Shown here: one piece after another, positions 28,907 through 40,335 of the stretch
Numbering within the stretch: position 1 is the first letter of the stretch
Layout: every line of letters begins with the position of its first letter
Assembly: GCA_041666525.1 (NCBI GenBank)
Contig: JBAYGT010000001.1
Coordinates: forward strand, 196,157-260,156
Length of the DNA stretch: 64,000 nucleotides
Reading direction: 5' to 3'
Source: Negativicutes bacterium
GTDB lineage: Bacteria; Bacillota; Negativicutes; JBAXTZ01
Translations under genes and position numbers: made by a program
The notes under the pieces: generated by a model
The model's database searches: none
Seen by the model: only the letters and a program-made list of their open reading frames with translations
Told to the model about the DNA's origin: nothing

Positions 28907-30168
28907 TCAACCTCCAAAAATACTACGGCTTCGTTATACGGCATTACGGTCTGGCTGCGATCTGACATATTTTTTATCGTCACGGTCTGATCATTGACTT
29001 CCTGCTCACCAATAACCGCAACATATTTGGCGTTAAGTTTTCCGGCAAGTTTGAACTGGGCTTTGACGCCGCGTGCCATATAGTCAACTTCACAAACAAC
29101 ATTGCGTTTTCGGAGATCATTAACCAACTTCACAGCCAAAACCCGCGCCGCTTCATCCAGCGCTGCCACAAACACTTTTACTTTTTTTTCGTCCAAACAC
29201 CCGTTTAGCAAACCAAGTTTTTCTAAAATAATTATTACCCGCTCCAGGCCAAAAGCCACGCCAACCGCCGGTGTCGGTGATCCGTCAAACTCCTCGACAA
29301 GATTATCATAACGGCCACCGCCACACACACTGCTTTGCGCACCTAACTCATTACACTTTATTTCAAACACTGTTTTTGTGTAATAATCCAGCCCGCGAAC
29401 CAGTCGTGGATTGATAATAATATTTAATCCCAAACCAGTGAGAATTTCTGTGACACTATTAAAGTGTACAGCACACTCTTCGCATAGACACTCACGATTT
29501 TCCGGAGCATTTTTCGCAAGAATTGCGCATTTGTCGTTTTTGCAATCCAAAATTCGCAACGGATTCGTCGAAAATCTTGATTGACAGTCGCCACACATTT
29601 CCGTTAAATATGGCTGAAAATATTCTTGCAGTTTCGCGCGGTAGATCGGACGACATTTTTTGCAGCCGATTGAATTTACTTCAACTGTCAATTCCGTCAA
29701 ACCAAGCCGTCGCAAAAATTCGCAGGACAGCGCGATTATTTCGACATCTAGCGCCGGATTGCTCGACCCAAACGCCTCAATACCGAATTGATTAAATTGA
29801 CGCTGGCGTCCGGCCTGCGGGCGTTCGTAACGAAACAGTGGACCATAATAGAACAATTTGACCGGTTGTGCCCAACCGAACATTTTGTGTTCCAAATAGG
29901 CACGAACTACGCCGGCCGTAAATTCCGGACGAAGCGTCAATGAACGTTCACCGCGATCTTTAAATGTATACATTTCTTTTTGGACAATATCAGTCGCATC
30001 ACCGATACCGCGGGCGAACAACTCACTTTGCTCAAAAACCGGCAACCGAATTTCACCGTATCCAAATAATTCACATATTTCCCGGACAACACTTTCAACA
30101 TATTGCCATTTTACTACGTCAGCCGGCAAAATATCTCTGGTGCCGCGCGGCGCCACAATTTGCATCAT
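28903..30168 (-). CDS. hisS: histidyl-tRNA synthetase
   Basis: 421 aa; GTRD, RYERPQAGRQRQFNQFG motifs. Overlaps the aspS start. Confidence 0.95.
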   Translation of the reverse strand: MMQIVAPRGTRDILPADVVKWQYVESVVREICELFGYGEIRLPVFEQSELFARGIGDATDIVQKEMYTFKDRGERSLTLRPEFTAGVVRAYLEHKMFGWAQPVKLFYYGPLFRYERPQAGRQRQFNQFGIEAFGSSNPALDVEIIALSCEFLRRLGLTELTVEVNSIGCKKCRPIYRAKLQEYFQPYLTEMCGDCQSRFSTNPLRILDCKNDKCAILAKNAPENRECLCEECAVHFNSVTEILTGLGLNIIINPRLVRGLDYYTKTVFEIKCNELGAQSSVCGGGRYDNLVEEFDGSPTPAVGVAFGLERVIIILEKLGLLNGCLDEKKVKVFVAALDEAARVLAVKLVNDLRKRNVVCEVDYMARGVKAQFKLAGKLNAKYVAVIGEQEVNDQTVTIKNMSDRSQTVMPYNEAVVFLEVE

Positions 30169-31589
30169 TTCTCCTCAAATAACTGGTATTTCTTATCGAT
30201 ATATTTGTTGATATTGTCGATATAAACCTGATAATCCTTCGGATTATAAACACTTTTCAAGCATTTGTCAAAAGCCATTTTGGTCGCCGCCGCCGGACCG
30301 ACGCCGAAAATCGTATGCTGCTCTTCAATAATCATTATGTTATACAAACATTGGCAATCATTCAGACAATAGCCCACATTTTCGCCAATACTGTTCTTTT
30401 GCCTGTACAAATAATATGGTACATACCCACTTTGTTTGCAAATACCGTAAGCATAGCTCAACATTTGTTCGACCTGCTTACGTTCGGTTAAACTGCCGTT
30501 TGCAAACATTGCTGCGCCACGTTTTAACGCAAGTGAATGAACAGTGATATTTTCCGGTTGCAACGCACTGATTTTATTTAACGTATTTTCGAAATCACTG
30601 CATATTTCCCCGCTCAATCCGGCAATCACATCCATATTTATACTGCCGCCAAAATTTTGCCGGGTAAGTTCAAACGCGCTATAAACATCCGCTTCACTAT
30701 GCGCGCGTCCGATTCGCCGCAGGCTGCTATCGTTCAGCGATTGCGGGTTTATACAAAGCCGTGAAACCGCCGCCCGGTTTACCGCGGCTAATACCTCAAG
30801 ATTTATTAATTCCGGCCGCCCGCATTCAACAGTAAATTCTACGACAGTAGGAAAGTATTCGCGAATGCTCAGCAATAACTCCGAAAAATATTTTGGAGTC
30901 AAACTTACCGGGGTGCCGCCGCCAACGTACAGCGAAACAATTATTTTGCCAGTCTGCCGAACAATGTCTGACACGGCTTGCAATTCAGATTTCACCGCGT
31001 TTAAATAAGTCTGAACAATGCTGTCGTTTGGAATCGGGAACGACGGAAACGAGCAGTACGAACACCGCGTCGGACAAAACGGCACGCCGATGTACAAGCA
31101 CGCGGCGTCAGCCGTCAGATTAATTTGTTGTAAATAGTTGGCTTCATTTTGTGCAACTTCCAATACCAATTCTGAAGTTTGGCTATCGAGCAGGCAATCT
31201 TCTGCCAATGATTTCGCTGCGCCAACTAACCCGTATTTTTTCCATAAACTTGCCGCCAGCTTGGTCGGCCGGACTCCGCGCAATATTCCCCATCTATCTA
31301 TTACGGCATCTGTGTATTTGAGTAAAAGCTTTACCGCAGTTTTAACAACAGTTCTGCGCAATTCAGTATTGGACCGAATCTGCTCACTAAGTGAAAAAGC
31401 TTTTCCGTTGTTAAAATTAATGACTGCATGCAACCATCCAGCTTCCAAATAGCAGTCCAACGCAAATTCAGCGGAATCTTGTGCAACCAACGGTATATTC
31501 AATACCGCCAAAGCATCACATAGTGCATAGCGCATAAACGCATCTGCCGCTACATAACAGTTATTTTCGGCACTCATGGCAATACCCAT
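30165..31589 (-). CDS. HemN/HemZ-like radical SAM oxidoreductase (oxygen-independent coproporphyrinogen-III oxidase family)
   Basis: CPTRCSYCSF CX3CX2C motif, HemN_C-like tail, about 170-aa N-terminal extension as in HemZ. Confidence 0.7.
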   Translation of the reverse strand: MGIAMSAENNCYVAADAFMRYALCDALAVLNIPLVAQDSAEFALDCYLEAGWLHAVINFNNGKAFSLSEQIRSNTELRRTVVKTAVKLLLKYTDAVIDRWGILRGVRPTKLAASLWKKYGLVGAAKSLAEDCLLDSQTSELVLEVAQNEANYLQQINLTADAACLYIGVPFCPTRCSYCSFPSFPIPNDSIVQTYLNAVKSELQAVSDIVRQTGKIIVSLYVGGGTPVSLTPKYFSELLLSIREYFPTVVEFTVECGRPELINLEVLAAVNRAAVSRLCINPQSLNDSSLRRIGRAHSEADVYSAFELTRQNFGGSINMDVIAGLSGEICSDFENTLNKISALQPENITVHSLALKRGAAMFANGSLTERKQVEQMLSYAYGICKQSGYVPYYLYRQKNSIGENVGYCLNDCQCLYNIMIIEEQHTIFGVGPAAATKMAFDKCLKSVYNPKDYQVYIDNINKYIDKKYQLFEEK

Positions 31590-31995
31590 ACAGTTTTACC
31601 TGATGATCAATGATGCTGTAACCACTTTCATGTTCAATAGCGTTAAGCGCCCGTTGAATTGCCGCGCTATCAACTTCACGAATCTTTCCGCAACTCATAC
31701 AAATCAGGTGATGATGCCTGACAGAACGCTTGAGCGGTTTCATTTCATAACGGTTGCGGCCATCGCCAAGATCAAGTTTTTCCAGCAATTCCAGTTCAGC
31801 CAACAATTCCAATGTCCGATAAACAGTCGCCAAGCCAATACCGCTTGCACGTTCGCGTAATATTCCATAAACATCTTCTGCTGACAAATGCCGCTCACTA
31901 AAATCAACAAAAATCTCTAACACCGTTTTTCGCTGCACGGTCATTTTATACTGTTTTTCGCGTAATAATCCTTCAAAAAAAGCTATATCGATCAT
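31561..31995 (-). CDS. Fur-family metalloregulator (Fur/PerR/Zur type)
   Basis: 144 aa; DNA-binding helix region, HHHxxCxxC...CHEC metal sites. Overlaps the hemZ-like start and the upstream perM stop. Confidence 0.8.
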   Translation of the reverse strand: MIDIAFFEGLLREKQYKMTVQRKTVLEIFVDFSERHLSAEDVYGILRERASGIGLATVYRTLELLAELELLEKLDLGDGRNRYEMKPLKRSVRHHHLICMSCGKIREVDSAAIQRALNAIEHESGYSIIDHQVKLYGYCHECRK

Positions 31996-33044
31996 ATCTG
32001 CTCCTCGCCGTGAAACCAGATTGCACGTAACACTACCCGGAGGATTGCAGTTGCCGGTACTGCGGCCATCATCCCGATAATTCCATATAACTCACCGCCG
32101 ATTAACAACGCCACCATTAAAATTCCCGGATGAATATCCACGGTTTTTCCCATAACGTTTGGTACAACAATATTAGCCTCAATAATATGGATAATAACGT
32201 AAAATATTAAAACTTTTACGGCCAAAAGCGGCGAAACCAGATAACCAAGCGCTAGTGCCGGCACTGCAGCACATATCGGACCAATATAAGGAATTGTTTC
32301 CAATAACGTTGCAAGTAACCCGAATATTAACGAATACTGCAGCCCGATGCTCCATGTACCGACGGTTACCATAAACCCGATAATCAAACTGACAAATATC
32401 TGACCCTTGATATAATCCGTCATAACAGCGCCGAGTTCTGTCATAACTTGCGCTGTCTTGACACGCGCTGCGCGGGGAAATAATCTTACGACAAAATCAA
32501 CTGTATTATCTCCATCTTTCAAAAAATAATATGTCAAGAACGGAACAAGCACTAAAGTAACGATACTTGAAGTGAGTGACAACAAAAATTTTACTGTGCT
32601 ACCGGCAAAATTGACGGCAATATTCGCTACATCACTTAACGAGGCAACCGCTTTTTCACGGATAAAATCCGGCAACGCAATATTTTGGTATTCAGAATAG
32701 ATACCGCCGAACAAGGCTTCGGCTTTATTGGCATATTGCGGCAGCTCTGTTATCAAACTGCTCAACTGTAGCGTCAACGGCGTAATTATGTACACGGCTA
32801 AACCGGCGAGCACACCGAACACCAAAATAAACGTTAAAATTATCGCTGCGGTTTTTGGCATTTTTTTCTTCTTCGTTAACGGAATTCGCTCAAATCTTCT
32901 GACAATTGGCAACATTCCAAATGTTAACACCAAAGAAATCGTCAATGGCAGCCAAATCGAAGATACGGCATGAATCAGAGCCAAAAATGCAATAACTATA
33001 AGTATTTTCAAGCCGATAAATATCTGCGCTGTATTCATTGACAC
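31992..33044 (-). CDS. AI-2E family transporter (PerM/YdiK-like)
   Basis: 350 aa polytopic membrane protein, AI-2E pattern. Confidence 0.75.
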   Translation of the reverse strand: MSMNTAQIFIGLKILIVIAFLALIHAVSSIWLPLTISLVLTFGMLPIVRRFERIPLTKKKKMPKTAAIILTFILVFGVLAGLAVYIITPLTLQLSSLITELPQYANKAEALFGGIYSEYQNIALPDFIREKAVASLSDVANIAVNFAGSTVKFLLSLTSSIVTLVLVPFLTYYFLKDGDNTVDFVVRLFPRAARVKTAQVMTELGAVMTDYIKGQIFVSLIIGFMVTVGTWSIGLQYSLIFGLLATLLETIPYIGPICAAVPALALGYLVSPLLAVKVLIFYVIIHIIEANIVVPNVMGKTVDIHPGILMVALLIGGELYGIIGMMAAVPATAILRVVLRAIWFHGEEQI

Positions 33045-33047
33045 CTC

Positions 33048-33671
33048 TTAGATAATAAACGGATTATGTTTTTTTTCGTAGCCAATTGTTGTTTTGCCCT
33101 CATGTCCGGGGTAAACAACCGTTTCTTCCGGTAAGCAGAATAGCTTATTCTTAATGCTGTCGGTCAATTTTTTTGCCGAACCCCCGGGAAAATCTGTCCG
33201 GCCAACTGACTGTTTAAATAGGGTATCACCGCTTAACAATACGTTATCCGCAAAAAAACAAATACCGCCCGGAGTGTGCCCCGGAGTGTGAATCACCCTG
33301 AATTGGTGACTGCCCAGTTCAATTACGTCATTATCGCTCAAAAATTTATCCGCGGCCTGACAAACAAGCCGTTCGCCCAGCATTGACGATAAATTCTTTT
33401 CGGCCGAAGTGAGCATCGCAGCGTCTGCTTCATGTATATAAACCGGAATCGAGTATTTTTTTGCAATCGCGTCATTTGCACCAATATGATCAAGATGTCC
33501 GTGTGTAATTAATATCGCAATCGGTTTTACACCCAGTTCTTCGATTTTTTTTATAATTACTGCTGCATCGCCACCCGGATCAACGACAAATGCAGTTTTA
33601 GTTTCAGTGCAATATACGATATAACAATTGGTACCTATGTATCCAACCTGCATAGTTTCTACTTTTAACAT
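33048..33671 (-). CDS. MBL-fold metallo-hydrolase
   Basis: THGHLDHIG motif (HxHxDH); 207 aa. Confidence 0.8.
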   Translation of the reverse strand: MLKVETMQVGYIGTNCYIVYCTETKTAFVVDPGGDAAVIIKKIEELGVKPIAILITHGHLDHIGANDAIAKKYSIPVYIHEADAAMLTSAEKNLSSMLGERLVCQAADKFLSDNDVIELGSHQFRVIHTPGHTPGGICFFADNVLLSGDTLFKQSVGRTDFPGGSAKKLTDSIKNKLFCLPEETVVYPGHEGKTTIGYEKKHNPFII

Positions 33672-33677
33672 AATACC

Positions 33678-34127
33678 TCAGATTTCTTTTTTACTATTGA
33701 GAACAAATGTAACCGGACCGTCATTTTGTAAAGATATCTGCATATCCGCCTGAAATTTACCGGTACTGACACCTATGCGCATTGCCCGGCAATGTTCCAC
33801 GAATTTTTCATATAATTCTTCAGCGAGTTGCGGCGAAGCCGCAGAATCAAAACTCGGACGCCGCCCCTTTCGGCAATCACCGTACAGCGTAAACTGAGAA
33901 ACTATCAGTAATTCACCGGCAATGTCTTTTACTGAACAGTTCATTTTACCATCAGCATCCGAAAATATCCGTAAATTAGCAATTTTCTCGGCGAGATACC
34001 CGACATCTTGCAGGGTGTCTTCTTTACTCACCCCTAGCAACACCAATATTCCCTGCCCAATAGCACCGACAACTTGATCGTTGACTACAACAGCAGCTTG
34101 CCGCACTCTTTGAATAACTGCACGCAT
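33678..34127 (-). CDS. dtd: D-aminoacyl-tRNA deacylase
   Basis: MRAVIQRV...SQFTLYGD... 149 aa. Confidence 0.9.
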   Translation of the reverse strand: MRAVIQRVRQAAVVVNDQVVGAIGQGILVLLGVSKEDTLQDVGYLAEKIANLRIFSDADGKMNCSVKDIAGELLIVSQFTLYGDCRKGRRPSFDSAASPQLAEELYEKFVEHCRAMRIGVSTGKFQADMQISLQNDGPVTFVLNSKKEI

Positions 34128-36328
34128 TACTGCCCTCCGCTTTGCGCGCGGCGCACCTTGAACACGCTCCGCACTCGTTTGAACTTATTCATAATCGATT
34201 CCAAGTGCACCAATGTATCAATATCAAGGTTAATGATAATTCGCGAAGTCTTATCCGGCAACGCCTTGGCATCAACTGCCGAAACGTTGAGTTTGCTGTC
34301 TGCCGCCAACACCATTATATCCGTTAACAATCCGGCACGATCAGTTGCGGTTATTTCAATAGCCACATTATAGCTGTTTTTGCTGAGACTTCCCCAAGCT
34401 ACCTGAATAATCCGGTCATAATCATCACGTTTGGAGGTAATATTCGGGCAGTCGGCACGATGCACCGATACGCCTTTTCCCCGCGTTATATAGCCTACGA
34501 TTTCATCGCCCGGCACCGGACTGCAGCAACGGGCAATGATTATCATCATTCCGGGTTCGCCCTTTACCAGAATCCCGTGTCCGTCCTTGCTGGTAATATT
34601 CTTGGGCTTCAAATCAGCAAGCAGTTTTTCCAGATTTTCTGTCTGCTTATTGATGTTGTGCTCTTTGTTGTAAAACGAAACCAGTTTAGTCACTACGGTT
34701 TGCGGTGAAACATCACCGAAGCCGATTGCCGCGTATAGATCGTCCTCGGTATTATGATTGTGACGTTGTCCTATTTCCAGTAGCCACTCTTCGATTAATA
34801 TTGCTTTTAATTCATAATTCAGCCGCTTTAATTCTTTTTCTAAAAGCTCGCGGCCGCGTTCGATATTTTCTTCTTTACGCTCTTTCTTGAACCACTGCTT
34901 TATTTTATGCCGGGTATCACTCGCTCCGGCAATGTTTATCCAGTCGCGGCTCGGCCCATTACCCGATTTACTGGTAATAACTTCAACTATATCACCGGTA
35001 GTCAGTTTAGTGTCAATCGGCACAATTTTTCCGTTGATTTTGGCACCGATGCAACGGTGTCCGACCTCAGTATGCACACGGTATGCAAAATCAATAGTAA
35101 TTGATCCGACCGGCAAATTGATTACATCACCGCGGGGGGTAAATACAAATATCTCATCAGAAAAAAGATCTAACTTTACCGATTCAACGAACTCGCTGGC
35201 ATCATTAACATCATCTTGCCATTCCAACAATTGCCGCAACCACGCCAGCTTTTCATCGCTGCGTTTGACCGACGATCCTTTGCCGCCTTCCTTGTAGCGC
35301 CAATGCGCGGCCACTCCGTACTCGGACTGCCGATGCATTTCCGGAGTGCGAATTTGAATTTCCAGCGGTGAAGAACCGATACCGGCAACAGTGGTATGCA
35401 AACTCTGATACCCGTTGGATTTTGGCATCGCCACATAATCTTTGAACCTGCCCGGTAATGGTTTCCACAAGGTATGCACGACACCAAGCGCGCCGTAGCA
35501 ATCTTTGATATTATTCACAATCAGCCGAATCGCTGCTAAATCATATATCTCGTTGAGCTCTTTGTTGTCGCGGCGCATTTTTTGAAATATGCTCCACAAG
35601 TGCTTGCTGCGCCATTGAATTTCCGCTTTAATCTCGATGTCCCGGAGTTTTTCTTCCAGCAATTTGGCCGCTTCCCGGACCGTTTTTTCACGCTCTTCTT
35701 TTTTTATATTAACAAGTTCCACCAGCTCATAAAACTTTTCCGGCTCCAGATAACGGAAAGCTAAATCTTCCAACTCCCACTTAAGCATGAAAATTCCCAA
35801 GCGGTGTGCCAGAGGCGCAAAGATATCCAGTGTTTCCTGCGCAATGCGCTTTTGTTTGTCTTCAGGAGTGTATTTGAGCGTGCGCATATTATGCAAACGG
35901 TCGGCCAGTTTTATAATCACCACGCGAATATCTTTGGCCATTGCCAAAAACATCTTGATATAGTTTTCCAGCTTCTGCTCTTCTTTGGATTTATAATTGA
36001 TTTTTTCGAGTTTGGTCACACCATCAACAAGCATGGCAACATCATCGCCAAAAAGTTTCTTCATATCAGAAGTTGAATACTGAGTGTCTTCAACTACGTC
36101 ATGCAAGATACCGGCGATGATTGAGTCCAAATCCATTTGTAAATCAGCAAGAATTTTTGCGACATTAATCGGATGTGAAATATAGGCCATACCCGATTCA
36201 CGCACTTGCCCGGAGTGGGCGCTCTCGGCAAGCTGATATGCCCGGTCCAGTTTGCTAAAATCAGCGTCCGGTAAATATCTGCTGATTTGTTTTTTCACGT
36301 CATTAAAAGTATATGCCGGCAACGCCAT
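34127..36328 (-). CDS. relA: bifunctional (p)ppGpp synthetase/hydrolase RelA/SpoT
   Basis: 733 aa; HD domain, synthetase domain, TGS and ACT C-terminal domains. Confidence 0.95.
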   Translation of the reverse strand: MALPAYTFNDVKKQISRYLPDADFSKLDRAYQLAESAHSGQVRESGMAYISHPINVAKILADLQMDLDSIIAGILHDVVEDTQYSTSDMKKLFGDDVAMLVDGVTKLEKINYKSKEEQKLENYIKMFLAMAKDIRVVIIKLADRLHNMRTLKYTPEDKQKRIAQETLDIFAPLAHRLGIFMLKWELEDLAFRYLEPEKFYELVELVNIKKEEREKTVREAAKLLEEKLRDIEIKAEIQWRSKHLWSIFQKMRRDNKELNEIYDLAAIRLIVNNIKDCYGALGVVHTLWKPLPGRFKDYVAMPKSNGYQSLHTTVAGIGSSPLEIQIRTPEMHRQSEYGVAAHWRYKEGGKGSSVKRSDEKLAWLRQLLEWQDDVNDASEFVESVKLDLFSDEIFVFTPRGDVINLPVGSITIDFAYRVHTEVGHRCIGAKINGKIVPIDTKLTTGDIVEVITSKSGNGPSRDWINIAGASDTRHKIKQWFKKERKEENIERGRELLEKELKRLNYELKAILIEEWLLEIGQRHNHNTEDDLYAAIGFGDVSPQTVVTKLVSFYNKEHNINKQTENLEKLLADLKPKNITSKDGHGILVKGEPGMMIIIARCCSPVPGDEIVGYITRGKGVSVHRADCPNITSKRDDYDRIIQVAWGSLSKNSYNVAIEITATDRAGLLTDIMVLAADSKLNVSAVDAKALPDKTSRIIINLDIDTLVHLESIMNKFKRVRSVFKVRRAQSGGQ

Positions 36329-36345
36329 AACTTATACTTCCTAAA

Positions 36346-36861
36346 TTAATATTTCAATAAAGAAAAGATCTCAACGTCACCATCGATTTTATCGCGGCCA
36401 TGCATATCTTCCAGCTCGATTACAAAAGCCATACCGACAACTATGCCGCCAAGTTTACGGATCAGACGTACCACCGCATTGATCGTGCCGCCAGTTGCCA
36501 GCAAATCGTCAACAATAAGTACCCGCTGTCCCGGAACGATCGCATCGATATGCATTTGCAATTTGTCAGTGCCATATTCAAGAGCGTATTCCTCACTGAT
36601 GGCTTCGGCAGGAAGTTTTCCCGGCTTACGTACCGGCGCAAAACCAACACCCAACGCATATGCTACCGGTGTGCCAAAGATGAAACCGCGCGATTCCGGT
36701 CCGACAACAACGTCAATGTTTTTGTTAGCAAATTTCGTTTTGATTAAATCGATTGATTTTTTGAACGCCGGACCATTTTTGAGCAAAGTAGTAATATCGC
36801 GAAAAACGATACCCGGTTTGGGAAAATCATCGATAACGCGTACATGTTCTGAAAGATTCAT
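36346..36861 (-). CDS. apt: adenine phosphoribosyltransferase
   Basis: 171 aa; PRPP-binding [13 protein letters not shown]. Confidence 0.95.
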   Translation of the reverse strand: MNLSEHVRVIDDFPKPGIVFRDITTLLKNGPAFKKSIDLIKTKFANKNIDVVVGPESRGFIFGTPVAYALGVGFAPVRKPGKLPAEAISEEYALEYGTDKLQMHIDAIVPGQRVLIVDDLLATGGTINAVVRLIRKLGGIVVGMAFVIELEDMHGRDKIDGDVEIFSLLKY

Positions 36862-36894
36862 ATTTCCTCCAATAGCATTTTTTATACTGTTACA

Positions 36895-38943
36895 TTATAC
36901 CTCAAGGCAACTGCCGGTATCTAACAATTCTTTTTGTCTAAGCGCAAAAACATAAGTTGGCGATTTCAATAAATCGAATTTTTGATCACCGGAAGGATTG
37001 AAACTAACGAAATAATCTGGAGCGTTATTTCTATAATTCAGTAAACCAATTTCCTGGAAAATTTTCAATGCGGTTTCAACACTATTAATGGTCATCGGTC
37101 GCGTTCCGTTACCTTGTTCATGAAAAAATTGACCATTAACCGTAATTTCCTGGCAATCAGCCGCTAATGCTTTTAGACTCTTAAATACTTTCACCAACAT
37201 AGCGCGATCCACAAAATCAGCCTCAAAGATAATGCTGTTGGTTTTCAACTGTAACCGTTCAACTTCCCGCCAAACATTAATTTCCATCGCCACGGCTAAC
37301 GAAAACTGTTGCGAATTTTTCAAGCTGCTAACATAATGCGCCATATCCCAACAAAGCGCGTCAACGGTTTCACCGTTTTTATAGGGGAAAGTCAGTTTTA
37401 AATGGCGCTGGTCATTGCCTATCAATCGCCAGGAAACAGCTTTACCGCGCGCATTGATATTGCGCAGGGCAAAAACCGGTTTGTTATTGCCAACACCAAA
37501 CGGTTCAAGTGCTTTGAGCTCTTTCAAATTTTTGAAACTAATCTCATCTGCCGTAATTTCAGCATCAATTTCCAATTCAGCAAAAAAATCACTTAATTGC
37601 AAATCACGGGTAGCGATTGCATTCAGACGTTCAGACAGCTCATCGATTCGTAATTCATCAATAGTTAATCCGGCAGCAAAAAAGTGGCCGCCAAATCCCA
37701 ACAACACATCGCAGCACTCTGTCAAAGCTTTATGAATATTATAACTGCGAATGCTCCGGCAAGAACCTTTACCAATGCCATCTTTGACGCTGATAATTAT
37801 AACCGGCCGATAGTATTTTGCGACCAGTCGCGACGCGACTATCCCGATAACACCGGAATGCCAATCGGCAACCAACACTATAACTTTGTCGTTTTCTTTA
37901 CCGTGTTTTATGAGTAATTCGTCCGCCTGAAGAAAAATTTCCCGCTCCAGCTGCTGACGGGCAATGTTTTCTTCATTTAGTTTCGCAGCAATTTCCGTGG
38001 CACGTTCGCTGTCATCAGTCAAAAACAATTCCACTGACAACGCCGCCTGGCTAAGCCGTCCGGCTGCATTCAAGCGCGGCGCCAACGAATAACCGACCTG
38101 GTCCGCGGTATATTCACCTTGATTACTCAGCCCGCTAATTTCAATAAGCGCTTTTAGCCCGATGTTTTTGCTGTGTTTGATTTGCTGCAAACCCAATTTG
38201 GCAATAATACGGTTCTCACCAACCAGCGGAACCATGTCCGCAATTGTTCCGATAGCGACAATATCCAGATACTCCCGCCAAAAATCAACCCGATAATGTG
38301 CGCACAGCGCCTGGCACAATTTTAGCGCAACGCCCACACCTGCCAATTGCTTAAACGGATATGCACAACATAGCAACTTGGGATTAATAACTGCATAAGC
38401 TTCCGGAACACAGGCTGGCGGCTGGTGATGGTCAGTAATGATAACATCCAGTAATCCGCGCATTCCCTCAACTTCGTCAATTCCGCTTATTCCACAATCA
38501 ACAGTAATTACCAGTTTAGCACATTTAACCTCAGCCAAAAACCTGAGCGCTTCAGCATTTAATCCATAACCTTCGGCCTGACGTTCAGGAATGTAATAAT
38601 CAACTTTATCGGACTTCGCACCCAACGCACGCAGAATCTTAACCACTAGGGCAGTCGAGGTAATACCGTCCACGTCATAATCACCGTAGACCACTATTTG
38701 TTCGTCATTTTCAATAGCGCTTGCAATCCGTGCAACAGCAACGTCAATATCATTAAGCAAGGAAAACTCAGAAATGCCATTGATATCGGTTTTTATATAG
38801 TCTTTAACCGCATCAGCCGTAAGCAATCCGCGATTAATACAAACCGCGCACATCAATCGGCTATATCCGGTTTCCAAGCTTAGTTTTTCAATTAACAATT
38901 CATCTTGGCGTGCAATCCGCCAGAATTTATCCGATACTGCCAT
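36895..38943 (-). CDS. recJ: single-stranded-DNA-specific exonuclease RecJ
   Basis: DHH (DHH motif ITDHH) and DHHA1 domains plus OB-fold tail. Start is probably the MAVSDKF Met, after the ynbB stop; the track start 39018 overlaps ynbB. Confidence 0.9.
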   Translation of the reverse strand: MAVSDKFWRIARQDELLIEKLSLETGYSRLMCAVCINRGLLTADAVKDYIKTDINGISEFSLLNDIDVAVARIASAIENDEQIVVYGDYDVDGITSTALVVKILRALGAKSDKVDYYIPERQAEGYGLNAEALRFLAEVKCAKLVITVDCGISGIDEVEGMRGLLDVIITDHHQPPACVPEAYAVINPKLLCCAYPFKQLAGVGVALKLCQALCAHYRVDFWREYLDIVAIGTIADMVPLVGENRIIAKLGLQQIKHSKNIGLKALIEISGLSNQGEYTADQVGYSLAPRLNAAGRLSQAALSVELFLTDDSERATEIAAKLNEENIARQQLEREIFLQADELLIKHGKENDKVIVLVADWHSGVIGIVASRLVAKYYRPVIIISVKDGIGKGSCRSIRSYNIHKALTECCDVLLGFGGHFFAAGLTIDELRIDELSERLNAIATRDLQLSDFFAELEIDAEITADEISFKNLKELKALEPFGVGNNKPVFALRNINARGKAVSWRLIGNDQRHLKLTFPYKNGETVDALCWDMAHYVSSLKNSQQFSLAVAMEINVWREVERLQLKTNSIIFEADFVDRAMLVKVFKSLKALAADCQEITVNGQFFHEQGNGTRPMTINSVETALKIFQEIGLLNYRNNAPDYFVSFNPSGDQKFDLLKSPTYVFALRQKELLDTGSCLEV

Positions 38944-38959
38944 ATATTCTCCAATTGTG

Positions 38960-40216
38960 CTACTTAACGGCTGACACCGCTTTGGCTGCTGCCAAAATTG
39001 CTGCAACGCTCTGTTCAAAAACTATTCCGCCTTGTAAATAAACAGCGTAAGGGTTACGCATCGGTGCATCAGCGCTCAATTCAATTGACGCCCCTTGCAC
39101 AAAAGTTCCAGCGGCCATAATTACCTGATCCTTATAGCCGGGCATATCCCAAGCTACCGGTTTCACATATGAATCAACCGGCGAAAAAGCTTGCAAAGCT
39201 TGACAAAACGCAATTACCCGTTCCGCTGAGCCAAGTTCGATTGCCTGAATAATATCAGTCCGAACGGCGTCGGTTGCCGGATAAACCGGATATCCCAACT
39301 GTGTAAAAACGCTGGAAGAATAAATAGCGGTCTGCAACGCCTGTCCGACAACGTGCGGTGCGACAAATAATCCTTGATACAACAACCGGTTATCGCAGAG
39401 CGAAGGGCCAACCTCGGCGCCCAATCCTGGAGAAGTCAACCGAAACCCTGCCAATTCCACCAAATCTTTACGACCGGCAATATAGCCGCCGCAAGGCGCC
39501 AGTCCACCACCGGGATTTTTAATCAGTGAGCCGGCAATAATATCAGCTCCGGCTTCAACCGGCTCACGGCATTCCATAAATTCACCATAGCAATTATCTA
39601 CAAATATAATCGCTTGCTTATCAACTGCTTTAATTGTCTGGCAAAGCGATTCAATTTCAGCTATCGTCAAACTACGCCGCAAGCTATATCCGCGCGAGCG
39701 CTGAATCAGCACCATTTTAGGTCGGTGTTCATTCACAGACTGTGTTACAATCTCCAAATCCAGACTGTCATCCGTAATTGAATTTACTTCAGCATAGTTT
39801 ACGCCCCAATCACGTAACGATCCTGGCGAATAGTTTTTGTGCCCTAGTACCTTATGCAAGGTATCATAAGGTTCACCGGTAATTGACAACACTGTATCTC
39901 CCGGACGCAGAATGCCAAACAGCACCGTTGTCAAAGCGTGTGTTCCTGAAACAAACTGTGTACGAAACAAAGCCGCCTCAGCACAACATATGTCTGCCCA
40001 AATATTGTCTAATTTATCACGACCGCAATCATTATATCCATAACCGCTGCCTGTTTTGAAATCACTGTCTGACACCCGGTGTTTGCGAAACGCAGCCAGA
40101 ATCTTCGCGCTGTTATGGTAAGCGATATCAAAAAAAGACCGGCAATAATCACCACTAATTCTCAATGCCCGTGCATGAATATTATCTAGTTCATTATCAA
40201 AATCAGTTGTTGACAT
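38960..40216 (-). CDS. YnbB-family PLP-dependent protein (methionine gamma-lyase family / 'aluminium resistance protein')
   Basis: 418 aa; Cys/Met-metabolism PLP fold, YnbB-like N-terminus. Confidence 0.7.
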   Translation of the reverse strand: MSTTDFDNELDNIHARALRISGDYCRSFFDIAYHNSAKILAAFRKHRVSDSDFKTGSGYGYNDCGRDKLDNIWADICCAEAALFRTQFVSGTHALTTVLFGILRPGDTVLSITGEPYDTLHKVLGHKNYSPGSLRDWGVNYAEVNSITDDSLDLEIVTQSVNEHRPKMVLIQRSRGYSLRRSLTIAEIESLCQTIKAVDKQAIIFVDNCYGEFMECREPVEAGADIIAGSLIKNPGGGLAPCGGYIAGRKDLVELAGFRLTSPGLGAEVGPSLCDNRLLYQGLFVAPHVVGQALQTAIYSSSVFTQLGYPVYPATDAVRTDIIQAIELGSAERVIAFCQALQAFSPVDSYVKPVAWDMPGYKDQVIMAAGTFVQGASIELSADAPMRNPYAVYLQGGIVFEQSVAAILAAAKAVSAVK

Positions 40217-40291
40217 GTAAAGCCTCCCGACACCGGAACATTATAACACTAATAGCATTTTGTGAAAAGGCAACTCTGACTTATACCCATT

Positions 40292-40326
40292 CCAAAAAAA
40301 TAACAGCCCGCATCACTGCAGGCTGA
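40292..40326 (-). terminator. terminator after the lipoprotein gene
   Basis: cagcccgca-tcac-tgcaggctg stem plus U-run on the minus-strand RNA. Confidence 0.65.
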
Positions 40327-40335
40327 ACTCAGGTT

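Noticed and set aside
36443-36955. 170-aa plus-strand ORF antisense to apt
   Set aside because: Low-complexity Ser/Pro/Thr-rich product overlapping a highly conserved apt gene on the other strand.
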